In this document: one piece after another, positions 57,007-64,000 of the stretch
Position numbering within the stretch: position 1 is the first letter of the stretch
How the letters are laid out: each line of letters opens with the position of its first letter
NCBI RefSeq assembly: GCF_009914755.1
Contig: NC_060948.1
DNA from: the human T2T-CHM13v2.0 reference genome, Homo sapiens
DNA: 64,000 nt
Reading direction: 5' to 3' (one strand)
The notes under the pieces: model-generated
Seen by the model: the letters and a program-made list of their open reading frames with translations, nothing else
What the model was told of the DNA's origin: nothing
Database searches by the model: none
Made by a program: the position numbers and the translations under genes

Positions 57007-57321
<315 letters not shown>

Positions 57322-59449
57322 AGATCCATATTTTTTAAATGAAAAAAAATTTCAAAGGTACTCTGCTTGGTACAATAATCAAATGTATAAACTGAGGAAT
57401 AAAACATAACCATGAAACCTACTTATAACTGCATATGGAAAATACAGAGGATAATTTTTTAAATAACATATTTTGAAAGCCTTAACTAGTAATTTGAAGA
57501 GTTGGCATTTGAAAGGCCAGTATGAATATACCTTCAAATCAGCAACACAGGTTCCCCATTAGAAAAAGCAAACTCAGGGAAAATAAAAACACAAAGGTTC
57601 AATCTCTTTTGACCTTTGAAAGACACAGCACAGACAGTGGTCCTTAGGACGAAGAGCAGGAGACCCCTAATTCCGTCACCATGGCGATAGGGCATAAACA
57701 TTGCTGGGTGAGGGCACAATCCACATTGTGAGGTCCAACTGCTGCCAGGAAGACAGGAGTGCTTTTACATAGACCGAAAGGTCATTGAAGGCTCAGAGTT
57801 TTGTTTCAAGAACTGAATCCCAAGCCCACACGTTATTAGGCTGCGCTTCTTAAAACAAGTTATGAGATGGGAAAAAGGGCACCCACAAACATACGTATAC
57901 ATTATGTATATAATAATATACAGTATCATATATATAATATATATAACCTATGTATAATATTGTTTTACATCCTGCATCTTATGTTATATATATTGTATAA
58001 AATATAATAATTGATAATATATAAGATTTATAATTATACAATATGACATATAGTATATATTATAATTTATGACATATATAATATATGTTATATATCATAT
58101 GTAGAATATATTATACGGTTAATATACGTATTAAATATAAATTATACATTATATATATTATATATAATATATCTGTTATATATAATACACATTATGCATA
58201 ATATATATATTATGTCTATGTTATATATAGTATAAAACAACATATAATAATGTATAATTGTATATATAAAATGCGACATATAATATATATTATATTTTAT
58301 AACATATGTAATATATACTATATATTATATATAATACGTTGTATGTATAATACCTATATTAAATATATATTATATGACTATGTTATTAATTACATGTCAC
58401 ATGTGTTATATATTATACATTTTACATAGAATATACCGGTTACATACAATATATACTATGTTACCTATAATGTGTAATTTATTACATGTAAAATAAAGAA
58501 TGCAATATATTATGTATAATTTATAATATACAATATGTGGAATGTGATATATATAACATATAATATATGATATATGATATACAGTATATGATATATAACA
58601 TACAATATATGATTCCTAATATATATGGTATACAATATATATTTTATGATATGTATTCTATATGTTTTATATTCTGTTATATATAACTATTTGAAATTAT
58701 ATATAACTGTATAATATTTTATGTAAATATGTAATATAATATATATAACTATATAATATATTATAGATAACTATATATTATGTTATATATACTTTTATAA
58801 CATAATTTACATAAAATATCATAATATAATATATATTATATTATTTCATATTACATAATATATATTACATATCACCCAATATAACTAACATACATAATAT
58901 TATAATATAGATTATATTGTGTTATATTAAATATCATATATATCATGTATCATATATTCTATAATATATATTACACATTATATAATATGTATGTTGTCTA
59001 TTATGTGATATATATAACTATATATATAATTATATTTTTATACATATAACTAGATAAACATGTAATTCTACATATTTTCATTTATAATATGTAGAATTAT
59101 ATAATCATATATAATTATTTATATTCTATAAAAAATTTTATCATTATATAAATTATAATATATAAAAATTATAATATGTACTACAAATATATATATTATA
59201 TATCATATATGATATAGTACCTTTGTTATATATCATAATACATATAAATGTGTATTATGTTATCTATAATTATATAATTTCATATATAAGATGTATAATA
59301 TGTATCATATATTATATATGTTATGTAATATATATAGTATATATAAGATGACACAGGATAAATATTATATACTATGACATATAAAATATATCAGGTTATA
59401 TGTTACATATAAGGCATAGCACATAACATGTAATATGTATCATATATAA

Positions 59450-59741
59450 TTTTTTTTTAGACAGAATCTTGTCCTGTTGCACAGGGTGGGGTACAATGGC
59501 GCCATCTTTGCTCACTGCAACTTCTGCCTCATGGGTCCAAGCGATTGTCCTCCCTCAGCCTCCCAGGTAGCTGGGACTACACCACACTGGGACTACACCA
59601 GCTGCCACCATGCCTAGCTAATTTTTTGTATTTTTAGTAGTGACAATGTTTCACTGTATTGGCCAGGATGGTCTTGATCTCTTTACCTTGTGATCCCCTT
59701 GCCTTGGCCTCCAAATTTGCTGGGATTACAGGCCTGAGCCA
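59450..59741 (-). mobile_element. Alu copy 25
   Basis: Same Alu; domain C, subtype y. Confidence 0.9.
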
Positions 59742-61870
59742 AGATCCATATTTTTTAAATGAAAAAGAATTTCAAAGGTACTCTGCTTGGTACAATAATC
59801 AAATGTATAAACTGAGGAATAAAACATAACCATGAAACCTACTTATAACTGCATATGGAAAATACAGAGGATAATTTTTTAAATAACATATTTTGAAAGC
59901 CTTAACTAGTAATTTGAAGAGTTGGCATTTGAAAGGCCAGTATGAATATACCTTCAAAGCAGCAACACAGGTTCCCCATGAGAAAAAGCAAACACAGGGA
60001 AAATAAAAACACAAAGGTTCAATCTCTTCTGACCTTTGAAAGACACAGCACAGACAGTGGTCCTTAGGACGAAGAGCAGGAGACCCCTAATTCCGTCACC
60101 ATGGCGATAGGGCATAAACATTGCTGGGTGAGGGCACAATCCACATTGTGAGGTCCAACTGCTGCCAGGAAGACAGGAGTGCTTTTACATAGACCGAAAG
60201 GTCATTGAAGGCTGAGAGTTTTGTTTCAAGAACTGAATCCCAAGCCCACACGTTATTAGGCTGCGCTTCTTAAAACAAGTTATGAGATGGGAAAAAGGGC
60301 ACCCACAAACATACGTATACATTATGTATATAATAATATACAGTATCATATATATAATATATATAACCTATGTATAATATTGTTTTACATCCTGCATCTT
60401 ATGTTATATATATTGTATAAAATATAATAATTGATAATATATAAGTTTTATAATTATACAATATGACATATAGTATATATTATAATTTATGACATATATA
60501 ATATATGTTATATATCATATGTAGAATATATTATACGGTTAATATACGTATTAAATATAAATTATACATTATATATATTATATATAATATATCTGTTATA
60601 TATAATACCCATTATGCATAATATATATATTATGTCTATGTTATATATAGTATAAAACAACATATAATAATATATAATTGTATATATAAAATGCGACAGA
60701 TAATATATATTATATTTTATAACATATGTAATATATATTATATATTATATATAATACGTTGTATGTATAATACCTATATTAAATATATATTATATGACTA
60801 TGTTATTAATTACATGTCACATGTGTTATATATTATATATTTTACATAGAATATACCGGTTACATACAATATATACTATGTTACCTATAATGTGTAATTT
60901 ATTACATGTAAAATAAAGAATGCAATATATTATGTATAATTTATAATATACAATATGTGGAATGTGATATATATAACATATAATATATGATATATGATAT
61001 ACAGTATATGATATATAACATACAATATATGATTCCTAATATATATGGTATACAATATATATTTTATGATATGTATTCTATATGTTTTATATTCTGTTAT
61101 ATATAACTATTTGAAATTATATATAACTGTATAATATTTTATGTAAATATGTAATATAATATATATAAACTATATAATATATTATAGATAACTATATATT
61201 ATGTTATATATAATTTTATAACATAATTTACATAAAATATCATAATATAATATATATTATATTATTTCATATTACATAATATATATTACATATCACCCAA
61301 TATAACTAACATACATAATATTATAACATAGATTATATTGTGTTATATTAAATATCATATATATCATTTATCATATATTCTATAATATATATTACACATT
61401 ATATAATATGTATGTTGTCTATTATGTGATATATATAACTATATATATAATTATATTTTTATACATATAACTAGATAAACATGTAATTCTACATATTTTC
61501 ATTTATAATATGTAGAATTATATAATCATATATAATTATTTATATTCTATAAAAAATTTTATCATTATATAAATTATAATATATAAAAATTATAATATGT
61601 ACTACAAATATATATATTATATATCATATATGATATAGTACCTTTGTTATACAACATAATACATATAAATGTGTATTATGTTATCTATAATTATATAATT
61701 TCATATAAAAGATGTATAACATGTATCATATATTATATATGTTATGTAATATATATAGTATATATAAGATGACACAGGATAAATATTATATACTATGACA
61801 TATAAAATATATCAGGTTATATGTTACATATAAGGCATAGCACATAACATGTAATATGTATCATATATAA

Positions 61871-62162
61871 TTTTTTTTTAGACAGAATCTTGTCCTGTTG
61901 CACAGGGTGGGGTACAATGGCGCCATCTTTGCTCACTGCAAATTCTGCCTCATGGGTCCAAGCGATTGTCCTCCCTCAGCCTCCCAGGTAGCTGGGACTA
62001 CACCACACTGGGACTACACCAGCTGCCACCATGCCTTGCTAATTTTTTGGATTTTTAGTAGTGACAGCGTTTCACTGTATTGGCCAGGATGGTCTTGATC
62101 TCTTCACCTTGTGATCCCCTTGCCTTGGCCTCCAAATTTGCTGGGATTACAGGCCTGAGCCA
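61871..62162 (-). mobile_element. Alu copy 26
   Basis: Same Alu; domain C, subtype z. Confidence 0.9.
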
Positions 62163-62735
62163 AGATCCATATTTTTTAAATGAAAAAAAATTTCAAAGGT
62201 ACTCTGCTTGGTACAATAATCAAATGTATAAACTGAGGAATAAAACATAACCATGAAACCTACTTATAACTGCATATGGAAAATGCAGAGGATAATTTTT
62301 TAAATAACATATTTTGAAAGCCTTAACTATTAATTTGAAGAGTTGGCATTTGAAAGGCCAGTATGAATATACCTTCAAAGCAGCAACACAGGTTCCCCAT
62401 GAGAAAAAGCAAACACAGGGAAAATAAAAACACAAAGGTTCAATCTCTTCTGACCTTTGAAAGACACAGCACAGACAGTGGTCCTTAGGACGAAGAGCAG
62501 GAGACCCCTAATTCCGTCACCATGGCGATAGGGCATAAACATTGCTGGGTGAGGGCACAATCCACATTGTGAGGTCCAACTGCTGCCAGGAAGACAGGAG
62601 TGCTTTTACATAGACCGAAAGGTCATTGAAGGCTCAGAGTTTTGTTTCAAGAACTGAATCCCAAGCCCACACGTTATTAGGCTGCGCTTCTTAAAACAAG
62701 TTATGAGATGGGAAAAAGGGCACCCACAAACATAC

Positions 62736-64000
62736 GTATACATTATGTATATAATAATATACAGTGTCATATATTTAATATATATAACCTATGTATAATA
62801 TTGTTTTACATCCTGCATCTTATGTTATATATATTGTATAAAATATAATAATTGATAATATATAAGTTTTATAATTATACAATATGACATATAGTATATA
62901 TTATAATTTATGACATATATAATATATGTTATATGTCATATATAGAATATATTATACGGTTAATATACGTATTAAATATAAATTATACATTATATATATT
63001 ATATATAATATATCTGTTATATATAATACCCACTATGCATAATATATATATTATGTCTATGTTATATATAGTATAAAACAACATATAATAATATGTAATT
63101 GTATATATAAAATGCGACATATAATATATATTATATTTTATAACATATGTAATATATATTATATATTATATATAATACGTTGTATGTATAATACCTATAT
63201 TAAATATATATTATATGACTATGTTATTAATTACATGTCACATGTGTTATATATTATATATTTTACATAGAATATACCGGTTACATACAATATATACTAT
63301 GTTACCTATAATGTGTAATTTATTACATGTAAAATAAAGAATGCAATATATTATGTATAATTTATAATATACAATATGTGGAATGTGATATATATAACAT
63401 ATAATATATGATATATGATATACAGTATATGATATATAACATACAAAATATGATTCCTAATATATATGGTATACAATATATATTTTATGATATGTATTCT
63501 ATATGTTTTATATTCTGTTATATATAACTATTTGAAATTATATATAACTGTATAATATTTTATGTAAATATGTAATATAATATATATAACTATATAATAT
63601 ATTATAGATAACTATATATTATGTTATATATACTTTTATAACATAATTTACATAAAATATCATAATATAATATATATTATATTATTTCATATTATATAAT
63701 ATATATTACATATCACCCAATATAACTAACATACATAATATTATAATATAGATTATATTGTGTTATATTAAATATCATATATATCATGTATCATATATTC
63801 TATAATATATATTACACATTATATAATATGTATGTTGTCTATTATGTGATATATATAACTATATATATAATTATATTTTTATACATATAACTAGATAAAC
63901 ATGTAATTCTACATATTTTCATTTATAATATGTAGAATTATATAATCATATATAATTATTTATATTCTATAAAAATTTTATCATTATATAAATTATAATA
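62736..64000. repeat. AT-rich block of unit 27 (partial, cut by window end)
   Basis: Colinear with the other AT blocks; the array continues beyond the window. Confidence 0.9.

Overview
The whole 64-kb window is one uninterrupted head-to-tail tandem array of a ~2.42-kb composite unit (about 26.4 copies; spacings 2414-2428 bp). Each unit has three parts: a ~1.55-kb extremely AT-rich degenerate (TA)n block, a ~292-bp diverged minus-strand Alu (AluY/AluSc-type diagnostics, first ~12 bp missing, internal 16-bp duplication) and a ~570-bp non-Alu segment (HSATI part). This matches the known human satellite HSat1B/DYZ2, most likely Yq12 heterochromatin; acrocentric short-arm HSat1B cannot be excluded. 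I find no credible protein-coding gene, RNA gene or new biological system, and the ORF track is a by-product of the repeat. The information is in the variants between copies. There are three sequence domains (A ~1-14.3 kb, B ~14.3-25.5 kb, C ~25.5-64 kb), several recent 1- and 2-unit duplications with mappable junctions, short conversion-like patches, and a probable nascent ~12.1-kb five-unit higher-order repeat in domain C. All variant calls were read by eye and need confirmation by alignment. Unit n means the AT block preceding Alu n, plus Alu n, plus the HSATI segment after it.
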